Shown here: piece by piece, positions 36,796-45,737 of the stretch
Position numbering within the stretch: the first letter of the stretch is position 1
How the letters are laid out: each line of letters opens with the position of its first letter
DNA from: Candidatus Nanopelagicales bacterium
GTDB lineage: Bacteria > Actinomycetota > Actinomycetes > S36-B12
Assembly (NCBI GenBank): GCA_030830865.1
Contig: JAURME010000017.1
Span: 1 to 55,740 of the forward strand
Direction: 5' to 3'
Length of the DNA: 55,740 nucleotides
Notes under the pieces: model-generated
The model's input: the letters and a program-made list of their open reading frames with translations, nothing else
Told to the model about the DNA's origin: nothing
Database searches by the model: none
Translations under genes and position numbers: made by a program

Positions 36796-38312
36796 GAGCG
36801 CTCTGCTCGCGGGATGAGGTCGGAGACGATCTCCGCGCCCATGCCCACCAGCGGAAGCCCGCCACCTGGGTGCGCCGATCCGCCCACGAGATACAGGCCG
36901 GGGATCGGCGATCGATTGGCCGGTCGCTGGAAAGCGGCGCGGGGCCCGTTGCTGGACGACCCGTAGATGGATCCGCCGGGAGCTCGGGTGTCGCGAGCCA
37001 GGTCGGCCGGCGTCCGGAGCTCACGCCAGAGGATGCGGTCACGGATGTCCATGCCGCGATCGGCCAGGACTGCCAGCAGGTGATCGGCGTATCCGTCGGC
37101 CACCCCGGGGGCTGTCCAATCGACAGTTCCTTCACCCTCGCCGTGGCGTGGGGTGTTCACGAGGATGAACCACGCCTCGGAGTCCGCATCCGGACGCATG
37201 CGGGGGTCATCGGGGACGCAGGCGTAGATGGCGGGATCCTCCGCCGGATGCGGAGATCGTCCGAAGATCGCATCGAACTCCGCGTCGTAGTCATCGGGGA
37301 ACCACACGTTGTGGTGGGCGATGCCGGGTGTGCGACCCCGGAGGGCGAGCAGCAGCACCATGCCCGCGAGGGCCGGGGCCGCTCGCTCCAGGGAGCGCTG
37401 GATACGGCGCCCGCGAGGGTCGTCGACCAGATCGGCGTACAGGTGGTGGGCATCGGCGTTGGCCACCACGATGTCGGCGGGGAGCAGGGCTGTGGCCGAC
37501 GCGCCGCGGCCTCGGCTCTCACCGACGTGGACGCCGCTCACCCGTCCGTCTCGAAGGGCCACCTGGGTCACGTCGGTCTCGAGCCGGATCTCGACCCCTC
37601 GCTCCTCGCAGCGCTGGACGAGGGCATCCGCCAGGGTGCCAAGGCCGCCACCGAGGTGCCACGCCCCGAAGGTCTGCTCCATGTACGGGATCGTGGCGAA
37701 GACGGCCGGGGCCCGGCGCGGATCAGACCCCGAGTAGGTCGCGTAGCGGTCCAGCACCTGCTGCAGACGTCGGTCCGCGAGGTACTCGCGTCCCAGATCG
37801 CGCAGCGTGGTGCGGGGCGCGACGGTCCGCACGGCGCTGGGCGAGGCCACCTTCAGCAGGGTGCGCCAGCCGTCCAGCGGGGACTGAAGGAACGGATCCC
37901 GGGTCAGTTGCCACATCTGCCCTCCCCGGTCGATCAGGCGGCGCCAGTCATCGTGTGCCGAGCCGCCGAAGGCATCCCCGAAGACGCGTGCGATGCGCCC
38001 CGGATCCACACCCGGGATGGTGACCTCCGAGCCGTCGGCGAAGTGGTACCCGAAGCCCGGCTCCACGGGCTGCAGGTCGACAGCCTCCTCCAGCGGGCCC
38101 CCGGTCTTCAGGAACAGGTCTCGGTACACCGCGGGGAGGGTGAACAGGCTCGGGCCGGTGTCGAACGCGAAGCCGTCCCGCCGGTAGGTGTGCAGCTTGC
38201 CGCCGGCGCGCGCGGACTGCTCGAGCACGGTGACGTCATGTCCGCGGACGGCCAGACGTGCAGCCGTCGCAAGGCCACCGACGCCGGCACCGATGACGAT
38301 GACGCGGCTCAT
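36792..38312 (-). CDS. CrtI-family carotenoid desaturase/oxidase (CrtD-like)
   Basis: VIVIGAGVGGL, FDTGPSLFTLP, RYATYSGSDP, SAHPGGGLP; translationally coupled to the glycosyltransferase. Confidence 0.82.
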   Translation of the reverse strand: MSRVIVIGAGVGGLATAARLAVRGHDVTVLEQSARAGGKLHTYRRDGFAFDTGPSLFTLPAVYRDLFLKTGGPLEEAVDLQPVEPGFGYHFADGSEVTIPGVDPGRIARVFGDAFGGSAHDDWRRLIDRGGQMWQLTRDPFLQSPLDGWRTLLKVASPSAVRTVAPRTTLRDLGREYLADRRLQQVLDRYATYSGSDPRRAPAVFATIPYMEQTFGAWHLGGGLGTLADALVQRCEERGVEIRLETDVTQVALRDGRVSGVHVGESRGRGASATALLPADIVVANADAHHLYADLVDDPRGRRIQRSLERAAPALAGMVLLLALRGRTPGIAHHNVWFPDDYDAEFDAIFGRSPHPAEDPAIYACVPDDPRMRPDADSEAWFILVNTPRHGEGEGTVDWTAPGVADGYADHLLAVLADRGMDIRDRILWRELRTPADLARDTRAPGGSIYGSSSNGPRAAFQRPANRSPIPGLYLVGGSAHPGGGLPLVGMGAEIVSDLIPRAERS

Positions 38313-39439
38313 GGAGTGACCACCGGGCGGTCCTTCCATCGGTTCTCGCCCCTCAGGTGTCGCTTCCAGGACAGCGCATTGAGGCCGGCGAACGCGATGA
38401 TCGACAGCGGCTGGGCGAGGGCATCCGGCAGGATCCGCCCCCCGGTGCGCCGGGCGACGAGGGTCCTGCTGCCGACTCCGGCCAGGTACCCGACCGTGCC
38501 GATGATGCGGGTTCCACGCCCAGGTCCGACCATCCCCGCCGCGGGGACGACGTAGGCCATGACGAGCAGGGCATTCACCGCGATGCTGCCCGCGGGACCG
38601 TTGAAGGCCGCCCAGAGGGATTTGCCGTAGCCGTCGACGACCTCTTCAGCGGTGGTGTACATGCGGCACGTGGCGAGCTGTGATCCGTCGACCGTGGCCG
38701 TGTGCAGGCCGGCCCGCTTGAAGGCACGCATGAGGCCGATGTCCTCCAGGACGTCGCCCCGAACAGCGCCGTGACCATCGGCCGATCGGTACGCCTTGGC
38801 ATCCACCACGAGCAGCTGGCCGTTGGCCGCGGACAGGGAGGGCCGCAGCGACCGCTCGGCCCAGGCCAACGGCATCGTCGCCGCCCAGGACCAGATGACG
38901 AGCGGCTGGACCAGGCGCTCGAGCCAGCCCTCGGCCTGCTGAGCGGGGTAGGGAGCCACCATGGCCAGGCCGCGGGTGCGGAGGTCTTCGACGAGCGCGG
39001 CGACGGCGTCGGGCTCGAGTACCACATCGGCATCCATGAAGACCAGCACGGAACCCTCGGCCTGGTCCGCGAGTCGCGCGCAGGCCCAGGGCTTGCCGAG
39101 CCAGCCCTCGGGAGGTGGCCGATCCTCCGCGCGGATGATCTCGAGCCGCGCGTCACCCCGAGCCGCGTCGACAGCGAGGTCCGCCGTGCCATCGTGCGAT
39201 CCGTCGTCGAGGACGACGAACTGGAGATCGGGCACGCCGTGCTGCGCGAGCACCGACGAGACCGCTGACTGGATCGTCCCTGCCTCGTTGCGCGCCGGGA
39301 GCAGGACACTGACCCGCTCCCGAGCGGGGGTCGCCGGGGGCCGGGGAGTGCGCAGGCTGCGCATGTTCGCGAACGTGTGGGCCGCCAGGCCGACCGCAGC
39401 TACCGTGCCGGCGGTGACGAGACCGGCCCAGGCCTTCAC
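38309..39439 (-). CDS. GT2 carotenoid glycosyltransferase (CruG/CrtQ-like)
   Basis: SVLLPARNE, LDDGSHDGT, PEGWLGKPWAC, FMDADV, LEDIGL, CRMY; GTGA overlap with the cruF stop (ATG 39442 is an alternative start). Confidence 0.85.
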   Translation of the reverse strand: MKAWAGLVTAGTVAAVGLAAHTFANMRSLRTPRPPATPARERVSVLLPARNEAGTIQSAVSSVLAQHGVPDLQFVVLDDGSHDGTADLAVDAARGDARLEIIRAEDRPPPEGWLGKPWACARLADQAEGSVLVFMDADVVLEPDAVAALVEDLRTRGLAMVAPYPAQQAEGWLERLVQPLVIWSWAATMPLAWAERSLRPSLSAANGQLLVVDAKAYRSADGHGAVRGDVLEDIGLMRAFKRAGLHTATVDGSQLATCRMYTTAEEVVDGYGKSLWAAFNGPAGSIAVNALLVMAYVVPAAGMVGPGRGTRIIGTVGYLAGVGSRTLVARRTGGRILPDALAQPLSIIAFAGLNALSWKRHLRGENRWKDRPVVTP

Positions 39440-40236
39440 CATCGCGGCTGGCTCCACGCCCGCCACAGATAGGGGATCACGACGACACCCATGCACACGA
39501 AGCCCCAGAGGGCGACGCCCGGGCGGCCGAAGAACACGGCATTGGAGAGGACGCTCGACGCGTAGACCCACGTCAGCATAGTGATCGGGACGGCGTCGCC
39601 GGCGCTCTTGCGCGGCAGCAGGTCCAGTACCCATATGAGGACGATCGAGGCCAGGAGCCAGCCGAGGAAGTTCTGCAGGGGGATGCCCTCGATGCCCGGC
39701 AGCTCCCAGCCGACCTGGTTCCACGTCCAGTAACCCTCGCCGACCATCTGCGGATCGAGGAAGAGATCCCACGAGGCGAGGACGAGACCGCCGAGGAGTG
39801 CGGTGCCGACGCGAGTGGACGACAGTCGTTGCGCGGCCAGCAGGCACGGGTAGGCCATCATCGACCACGCGAGGGGGATGACGAGGGGGACGCCGAAGAG
39901 CATCGGCCCGAGGGCGTCGGAGTACTCGTAGTCGCCGAACGGGAAGGACGTTGCCAGTCCGACCCGTTCGATGAGCCAGCCGAAAGCGAGGGTGATGCCC
40001 AGGTATCCAGAGGCCCACGCGGTGCCCCGAGCGAGGATGGCATGGGAAGCCGTGGCGCCGAAGAAGGTCACGACGGTGGCGATCGTGAGAGCGGTGCGCG
40101 TCTCGTCGCTGACGAGCACCCAGATGATCTGGCCCAGGATGGTCAGCCCGACGAACACCCACGGCAGGTAGGCGAGCCAGCCCGAGGGACCGCGTCCGCG
40201 ATCGGTCCGGGGGCCGCTGTACACCCGCATGCTCAC
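39436..40236 (-). CDS. cruF: Carotenoid biosynthesis protein CruF (gamma-carotene 1',2'-hydratase family)
   Basis: E..G...PFGDYEY...GVPLVIPLAW, WDLFLDPQMV..YWTW, GIPLQNFLGW. Confidence 0.85.
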   Translation of the reverse strand: MSMRVYSGPRTDRGRGPSGWLAYLPWVFVGLTILGQIIWVLVSDETRTALTIATVVTFFGATASHAILARGTAWASGYLGITLAFGWLIERVGLATSFPFGDYEYSDALGPMLFGVPLVIPLAWSMMAYPCLLAAQRLSSTRVGTALLGGLVLASWDLFLDPQMVGEGYWTWNQVGWELPGIEGIPLQNFLGWLLASIVLIWVLDLLPRKSAGDAVPITMLTWVYASSVLSNAVFFGRPGVALWGFVCMGVVVIPYLWRAWSQPRW

Positions 40237-40300
40237 GCCCCGAGTCTAGAGTCGACGTCATCGGGGTCGGAGGACGCTTGTGCGGTCCGATACGACCATC

Positions 40301-41887
40301 GTGAGGATCCTGGGTGCTGCCGTGAGCGCGTTCCTGGCTCTTCTCGCGCTCCCGGGAGCCATGGCGCCGCCTGCGACCGCAGGGGAGATGGTCCGTCCGA
40401 TGGCGCGCGCACCCATCGCGATGTCGGCGCCGACGACTGCCCCGGCATTGAGCACCTTCCCGCTGACAGTCACCGTCCCCGCACTCCAGGGATCAACCAC
40501 TGGCCGTACGGCGGTGCTCCTGGCCTCACGCGACGGCTCGACCTACACGCGGCTCTCGACGTGGAAGGTGCCCCCCGGCGGCCGGGTCAAGGAGTTCAAC
40601 GTCGAGGCGGGGGAGGCCCTCGGACGCCTCTACCTGCGCACCGAGGTGAAGGGAAAGGGACTCGCGCCGCAGCGCAAGACCATCGCCCTGCGGGTGACCA
40701 ACCCCTATCGGCCCACCGAACCCGACAACGCGACCATCCCGGAGGCGGGTGTGCCCGTCACCGGCACCCTCTTCGGCAACCACCCGATCGTCGGGACCCC
40801 GGAGTACGCCGGCACCGTGCGCCTGTGGGATGTCAGCACCTCCTGGAACCAGATCGAGCGGCAGCGGGGGCGCTACACCTGGGACGCGTTGGACCGCGAG
40901 GTCGCCAAGGCGGAGGCAGCTGGGCAGCAGGTGCTCCTCGTGCTCGGCGGCACTCCCGAGTGGGCGGCTGTGGCGCCCGCTCCCGGCGCCGAGTTCGCCG
41001 GTCCCGGCTCGTCCATGCCCATGACCGACCCGCGACTGTTCGAGGACTACGTGCGGGCCGTGGTCAATCGCTACGGCGGTCGCATCGCGGCCTACCAGAT
41101 CTGGAACGAGGCGAACATCTCGCAGTTCTGGCGCGGCACCCCCGAGTTGATGGCCGACCTCACCGCCCGGGCGAACCGCATCATCAAGGATGCTGTCCCG
41201 GGGGCGACAGTCGTGGCCGCATCGACCGGCTCCCGGTGGGTCAAGGGGTTCACCGAGTTCTATCCGGACTACCTGGCCGCACTTCGCGAGTTCAACTGGC
41301 CCATCGATGCCTTTGCCGTGCATCTGTACCCGCTGCCAGGGGGCACGCCTCGGGAACGGGCCTTCCTGCTGGGCATGATGAACACAGCACTGCGCATCGC
41401 CGAAGCGCCGCCGCTGCCGATCTGGGAGACCGAGATCAACTACGGGATCACGAATCCCGGAACAGGTGATGCGGCTCGGTCGATCCCCGACGCGGAGATC
41501 CCCGCCTATGTCGGTCGCACGTACCTCGACTCCCTCCGTTACGGCATCGCCCGCTCCTATTGGTACGCGTGGACACCTGAGTACCGGTTGCTGGGGATCC
41601 AGATGTGGAACGGCTACCTCGCGACCCAGGCGTACGGGCGCGTTCGCGAGTGGGTCATCGGCTCCACCTTCCACGGCTGTTCGACCGCGGGCGTCGTCGT
41701 GCAGTGCAACTTCGATCGGAACGGCTATCCGTTCTACGTCGCCTACACCGACGACGGTAGCGCGGCGACCGTGAGCCGTCCGGACGGCATGACCGTGTTC
41801 CAGACGATGGACGGCGCCACCCAGGCCGCCGGCGCGCAGGTGGCGATCTCCGGCACCCCCGTGCTCATCGCCGGCCCCGTGCCGTGA
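40301..41887 (+). CDS. Secreted clan GH-A glycoside hydrolase (GH39/GH5-like) with N-terminal extension
   Basis: Signal peptide; VRLWD...WNQIE...GRYTW, YQIWNEAN (acid/base), HLYP, PIWETE (nucleophile), YWYAW. Confidence 0.8.
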   Translation: MRILGAAVSAFLALLALPGAMAPPATAGEMVRPMARAPIAMSAPTTAPALSTFPLTVTVPALQGSTTGRTAVLLASRDGSTYTRLSTWKVPPGGRVKEFNVEAGEALGRLYLRTEVKGKGLAPQRKTIALRVTNPYRPTEPDNATIPEAGVPVTGTLFGNHPIVGTPEYAGTVRLWDVSTSWNQIERQRGRYTWDALDREVAKAEAAGQQVLLVLGGTPEWAAVAPAPGAEFAGPGSSMPMTDPRLFEDYVRAVVNRYGGRIAAYQIWNEANISQFWRGTPELMADLTARANRIIKDAVPGATVVAASTGSRWVKGFTEFYPDYLAALREFNWPIDAFAVHLYPLPGGTPRERAFLLGMMNTALRIAEAPPLPIWETEINYGITNPGTGDAARSIPDAEIPAYVGRTYLDSLRYGIARSYWYAWTPEYRLLGIQMWNGYLATQAYGRVREWVIGSTFHGCSTAGVVVQCNFDRNGYPFYVAYTDDGSAATVSRPDGMTVFQTMDGATQAAGAQVAISGTPVLIAGPVP

Positions 41888-42684
41888 TCGACGATCTCGC
41901 GCGCCGCATCGTCGCGGCGCGTGCGGAATCGCAGGTCCTTGCAGCGCCCGTCAATCACGGTCTCACCACTGAACAGGCCTACCGCATCCAGGACCTCGTC
42001 CTCGCGCCGCGGATGACGACGGGTGGTGGGCGCGGCGGTTGGAAGCTCGGCTACACGTCTGCCGTCATGCGCGAGCAGATGGGCGTCGCCGAGCCCAACT
42101 ACGGCCCGCTCGCGCGGGCCATGATCCTCGATGGGTCGACGTCGGAGGGCGCTGTCGTGTCCGCGGGAGTGACCCAGCCGAAGGTCGAGCCTGAGATCGC
42201 TGCGGTCCTCGACAGGGATGTCTCACCCGAGGCCACGCTCGACGAGGTGCGTGCAAGCGTTCGGTCCTGGCATCTCGCACTGGAGATCGTTGACTCGGTC
42301 TGGGAGGGCTATCGCTTCGACTGGGCGCTGAACACTGCCGATGGTTCCTCCGCGGCGTTCGTCGTCCTTGGCCCCGCCCTCCTGCCGGGGGACGGGCGTG
42401 ATGGGGGCCCCGTCGATCTCTCCGCGATCGAGATCGAGCTGTCTCTCAACGGGGGACCTCAGGCACAGGGCCGCTCCGATGCCGCCATGGGCGACCCGGT
42501 CCGGGCACTCCACTGGCTCTCGCAGCGACTCGCTGATCGGGGCGAGATGCTGAGGGCCGGCGACGTCGTCATCACCGGTGGCCTCACCAAGGCCATCGAC
42601 CTGGACGTGAACGACGTGGTGTCCGCACGGGTGACGGCTCCTGCGGCACATGCCGACGTGACTGTAGCCGTCCGACGTCACTGA
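41884..42684 (+). CDS. 2-keto-4-pentenoate hydratase-like protein (FAH family)
   Basis: AYRIQ...GWKLGYTS..MREQMGV.EP.YG, PKVEPEIA, LEIVDS, MGDP, GDVVITG. Confidence 0.85.
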   Translation: MIDDLARRIVAARAESQVLAAPVNHGLTTEQAYRIQDLVLAPRMTTGGGRGGWKLGYTSAVMREQMGVAEPNYGPLARAMILDGSTSEGAVVSAGVTQPKVEPEIAAVLDRDVSPEATLDEVRASVRSWHLALEIVDSVWEGYRFDWALNTADGSSAAFVVLGPALLPGDGRDGGPVDLSAIEIELSLNGGPQAQGRSDAAMGDPVRALHWLSQRLADRGEMLRAGDVVITGGLTKAIDLDVNDVVSARVTAPAAHADVTVAVRRH

Positions 42685-42698
42685 CCTGCGGACTCGGA

Positions 42699-43181
42699 CT
42701 AGCCCCCGATCTCGGCGGCCTCTCCGGCGGTGATGCGCAGCAGCTCGTCGTACGTGGTCGGGAACACAAAGTGCGGATGCCCGGCCGCCGCCCAGACCTC
42801 GTCATACCGGGACAGGGCGATGTCGACGATGGTGCGCAGCGGTTCGGGGTGACCCACAGGGGCGACCCCTCCGATCGCGAAGCCGGTGGCCTTGCGCACC
42901 TGGTCGGCATCGGCCTTGTCGACATGATCGACATCGAGGGCCATGGCCAGGGACATGGTGTCGACCCGGTGGCCGCCGGAGGCCATCACCAGGACCGGCT
43001 CGCCGTCGGCGATGAAGATGAGCGAGTTGGCGATCTGCCCTACCTCGATGCCGAGCGCGGCGGCTGCCTCCTTCGCGGTCCGGGCGCTGTCGTCAAGGGC
43101 CCGGACCTCACCCCGGGCGCCCAACAGTTCCAATGCCCTTCGCACGCGGATGACGGACTCCTGCTCGGTGAACTCGCTCAT
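42699..43181 (-). CDS. YbaK/EbsC-family aminoacyl-tRNA editing protein
   Basis: TAKEAAAALG...QIANSLIF, TGFAIGGVAPVGH, VWAAAGHP. Confidence 0.9.
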   Translation of the reverse strand: MSEFTEQESVIRVRRALELLGARGEVRALDDSARTAKEAAAALGIEVGQIANSLIFIADGEPVLVMASGGHRVDTMSLAMALDVDHVDKADADQVRKATGFAIGGVAPVGHPEPLRTIVDIALSRYDEVWAAAGHPHFVFPTTYDELLRITAGEAAEIGG

Positions 43182-43212
43182 GGAGCGAGCGTATCCACGG
43201 CAGACTGGCGCC

Positions 43213-43881
43213 ATGGCGGAACAGCAGGTCGATCGGTTCACCGGCTTCCCGATCGAGGGGTTCGAGTTCTACGAGGCACTCGCGGCGGACAACACCCGGG
43301 AGTGGTGGGGTGAACACAAGGGCGACTACGAGCGATACGTCAAGGCGCCGATGGTGGCGCTGCTGAGCGAGCTCGAGGACGAGTTCGGCGCCCCACACAT
43401 CTTCCGGCCTTACCGGGATGCTCGGTTCAGCAAGGACAAGACGCCGATCAAGGACCATCAGGGCGGAGTGGTCAACGTCGAGGACGCCGTCGCCTACTAC
43501 GTGCAGGTCTCGGCCTCCGGCCTCATGGTGGCCGGAGGGTGGTACGCGCCGGAGGGGGCACAGGTGGCGCGTTTCCGTACGGCCGTGGACGGGGCGCCCG
43601 GCGCGGAGCTCGAGCGCATCCTGACCAGCATGCGGCGGTCGTGGACCATCGACGGCCGGCCATTGAAGACGCGTCCCCGCGGCTATGACGCGGACCACCC
43701 CCGCATCGATCTGCTGCGCTACCGCGCGTTGACCGTCGCTCGCACCTACGAGGTCGAGCCATGGATGGGAACGCGCAAGGCGTTCACCACGGTGCGGGAT
43801 CGCTGGCGCGCGATGCAGCCACTGGTGGAGTGGCTCGCGGACCATGTCGGTCCGGCAGCCGACCCGGCGGACGGGGCCTGA
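43213..43881 (+). CDS. DUF2461 family protein
   Basis: FTGFP...DNTREWW..HK..YE, FRPYRDARFSKDKTPIK, LKTRPRGYDADHPRIDLLR. Confidence 0.88.
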   Translation: MAEQQVDRFTGFPIEGFEFYEALAADNTREWWGEHKGDYERYVKAPMVALLSELEDEFGAPHIFRPYRDARFSKDKTPIKDHQGGVVNVEDAVAYYVQVSASGLMVAGGWYAPEGAQVARFRTAVDGAPGAELERILTSMRRSWTIDGRPLKTRPRGYDADHPRIDLLRYRALTVARTYEVEPWMGTRKAFTTVRDRWRAMQPLVEWLADHVGPAADPADGA

Positions 43882-44158
43882 CCTGCTGACGTGTCGCATT
43901 CCGGGGGGCGTGCCGGGGATGGCCAGTCGGCCATGCCGCTGACACGGCCAGCGAGGCGAACGCGACACCGACGGTCAGGGCGATGACCGTGACCACGATC
44001 CTTCCGGGCTGCAGCGGTGCGCGCAGGGCGCCCTCGGCGATGAGCCGAGCCGCCCCTGCCAGCACGGCCGTGGCGCCCGCCGCCAGGGCGAGTGACCACT
44101 GCAGGCGTCCGGCTCGCCCACGAGTCGGTTCGGGATCAGAACGCGAGGGTCGGGACAT
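43784..44158 (-). CDS. Small two-TM hypothetical protein with a DNA-damage-type promoter
   Basis: Basic N-terminus and two hydrophobic helices; ATG lies 6 nt after a TGTCAG-N10-TACCGT motif. The 3' end overlaps DUF2461 by about 98 bp, so the end is uncertain. Confidence 0.55.
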   Translation of the reverse strand: MSRPSRSDPEPTRGRAGRLQWSLALAAGATAVLAGAARLIAEGALRAPLQPGRIVVTVIALTVGVAFASLAVSAAWPTGHPRHAPRNATRQQVRPRPPGRLPDRHGPRATPPVAASRASDPAPW

Positions 44159-44164
44159 GCCAGG

Positions 44165-44186
44165 ACGGTAGAGCGGGGGTCTGACA
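44165..44186 (-). promoter_or_regulatory. PafBC-type (RecA-NDp) promoter
   Basis: Minus strand reads TGTCAG-ACCCCCGCTC-TACCGT. Confidence 0.72.
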
Positions 44187-44202
44187 TAGAGCCCCGGCGC
44201 GA

Positions 44203-45603
44203 TCAGACGCGCACGCGCTCACCCACGTCCGGGACCACCGCCGCGATGTCGAGTTCCCGGCGGATCCGCTCCGCCAGCGCCGCTGACGCCTCGGGCTCGC
44301 CGTGGTTGATGAAGACCTGGGTGGGAAGGGGGCCGCAGGACGTCAGCCACGCGAGCAGTTCATCGGCATCCGCATGGACCGAGAAGGCCTCGATCTCGGC
44401 GATCTCCGCACGCACCGGCACGTACTCGCCGTGGATCTTGATCTCGTGCGCCCCGTCGAGGAGCATCCGGCCGGGTGTGCCGACGGCCTGGTAGCCGACG
44501 AGCAGCACGCAGTTGTCGCGGTCGGGCAGGAGTGCCTTGAGGTGGTGTGTCACGCGGCCGCCGCTGCCCATGCCGGACGCCGAGACGATGATCCGAGCGC
44601 CCCCGCCGTCGAGGGCCATGGACTGCTCCGGAGTGGTCGCCTCATGCAGGTTCGGCAGGTCGATGGCATCCGTGCCGTGCGCGATGACGGCACTGGTGAG
44701 TTCCGGGTCCTCGTTGCGGATGGCGTCGAGATAGACGCGCAGGGCGGCCAGTGCCATCGGGCTGTCGGCATGGATGGGTGCGACGGGGATGCGCTGCTGG
44801 TCCTGCAGCCGCCGCAGTGCCTGCAGGAGGACCTCGGTCCGGTCGACGGCGAAGGCCGGGATGACCACCGTGCCCCCGCGCTTGAGGGTGCGGGTGATGA
44901 CAGCGGCCATCTCATCGATCTCCGCGTCGACGTCACCGTGGTCCCGGTTGCCGTACGTCGACTCCAGGACGACGGCGTCGGCGGCGCACGGTGGCGTCGG
45001 CGGGTCGAGCAGCGGATGGTTTCCGCGGCCGAGGTCTCCACTGAAGACGACCGTGCGCTGACGCGACTCGTCGGTCAGCGTGACCGTCGATGAACCGAGG
45101 ATGTGGCCGCTGACCTCGAGGCGGGCGGTGAGGCCGGGCACCGGGGTGAAGGCGTCGCCGAACTCGACGGGTCGCAGCATCGTGATCGCCCGCTCGGCGT
45201 CCTCGCTGCCGTACAGCGGCTGCGGGTCGGCATGTCGGGAGAAGCCCTTCTTGCGGGCCCAGGCGGTGTCCTCCTCCTGCAGGCGCGCGCTGTCCCGCAG
45301 GATGATTGGCACGAGCGCCGCGGTGTTGGGGGAGCAGTAGACCGGTCCGTCGAACCCCTCCCGCACCAGAGCGGGCACGAAGCCGCAGTGGTCGAGATGG
45401 GCGTGCGTGAGGATGACGCAGGTGAGGGTCGACGGGTCCAGGGGGAACGGGTCCCAGTTGCGGCTGCGGACGTCGCGGGGTCCCTGGAACATCCCGCAGT
45501 CCACCAGCAGCCGCCCACCCGCACCGCCGTCGACCGGCTCGGGCTCGACGAGGGTCCGGGAACCGGTGACGGTTCCGGTGGCGCCGAGGAAGGTCAGGAA
45601 CAC
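44203..45603 (-). CDS. MBL-fold beta-CASP RNA-metabolising hydrolase (TTHA0252/Ysh1-like)
   Basis: LTFLGATGTVTGS, LVDCGMFQG, THAHLDH, GHILGS, FSGDLG, ESTYG, PAFAVDR, FSVHAD, HGE; start GTG 45603. Confidence 0.92.
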   Translation of the reverse strand: MFLTFLGATGTVTGSRTLVEPEPVDGGAGGRLLVDCGMFQGPRDVRSRNWDPFPLDPSTLTCVILTHAHLDHCGFVPALVREGFDGPVYCSPNTAALVPIILRDSARLQEEDTAWARKKGFSRHADPQPLYGSEDAERAITMLRPVEFGDAFTPVPGLTARLEVSGHILGSSTVTLTDESRQRTVVFSGDLGRGNHPLLDPPTPPCAADAVVLESTYGNRDHGDVDAEIDEMAAVITRTLKRGGTVVIPAFAVDRTEVLLQALRRLQDQQRIPVAPIHADSPMALAALRVYLDAIRNEDPELTSAVIAHGTDAIDLPNLHEATTPEQSMALDGGGARIIVSASGMGSGGRVTHHLKALLPDRDNCVLLVGYQAVGTPGRMLLDGAHEIKIHGEYVPVRAEIAEIEAFSVHADADELLAWLTSCGPLPTQVFINHGEPEASAALAERIRRELDIAAVVPDVGERVRV

Positions 45604-45689
45604 ACCTCTGGTGTAGCACGTCGCCGGGGCGGTGTCAGGGCGGGCGGCGTCGGCCGACCACGGGCTCAGCCGATCGTGGGGTTGACGAC

Positions 45690-45711
45690 TGTCAGGGGTC
45701 CGGTCTAGCGT
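45690..45711 (+). promoter_or_regulatory. PafBC-type (RecA-NDp) promoter of the dnaE2-dinB operon
   Basis: TGTCAG-GGGTCCGGTC-TAGCGT. Confidence 0.8.
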
Positions 45712-45721
45712 TCTGTTCTGT

Positions 45722-45737
45722 TCGAACATGTGTTCGA
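45722..45737. promoter_or_regulatory. LexA (SOS) box
   Basis: TCGAAC-ATGT-GTTCGA is a perfect actinobacterial consensus; the palindrome extends to 45719-45740, about 10 nt downstream of the -10 element. Confidence 0.93.

Noticed and set aside
38309-40261. 650-aa glycosyltransferase fusion
   Set aside because: The N-terminal part is an alternative frame over cruF; the real start is at 39439 or 39442.
45633-45654. Extra TGTCAG hexamer upstream of the dnaE2 promoter (also one near 5057)
   Set aside because: No TAnnnT at the required N10 spacing.
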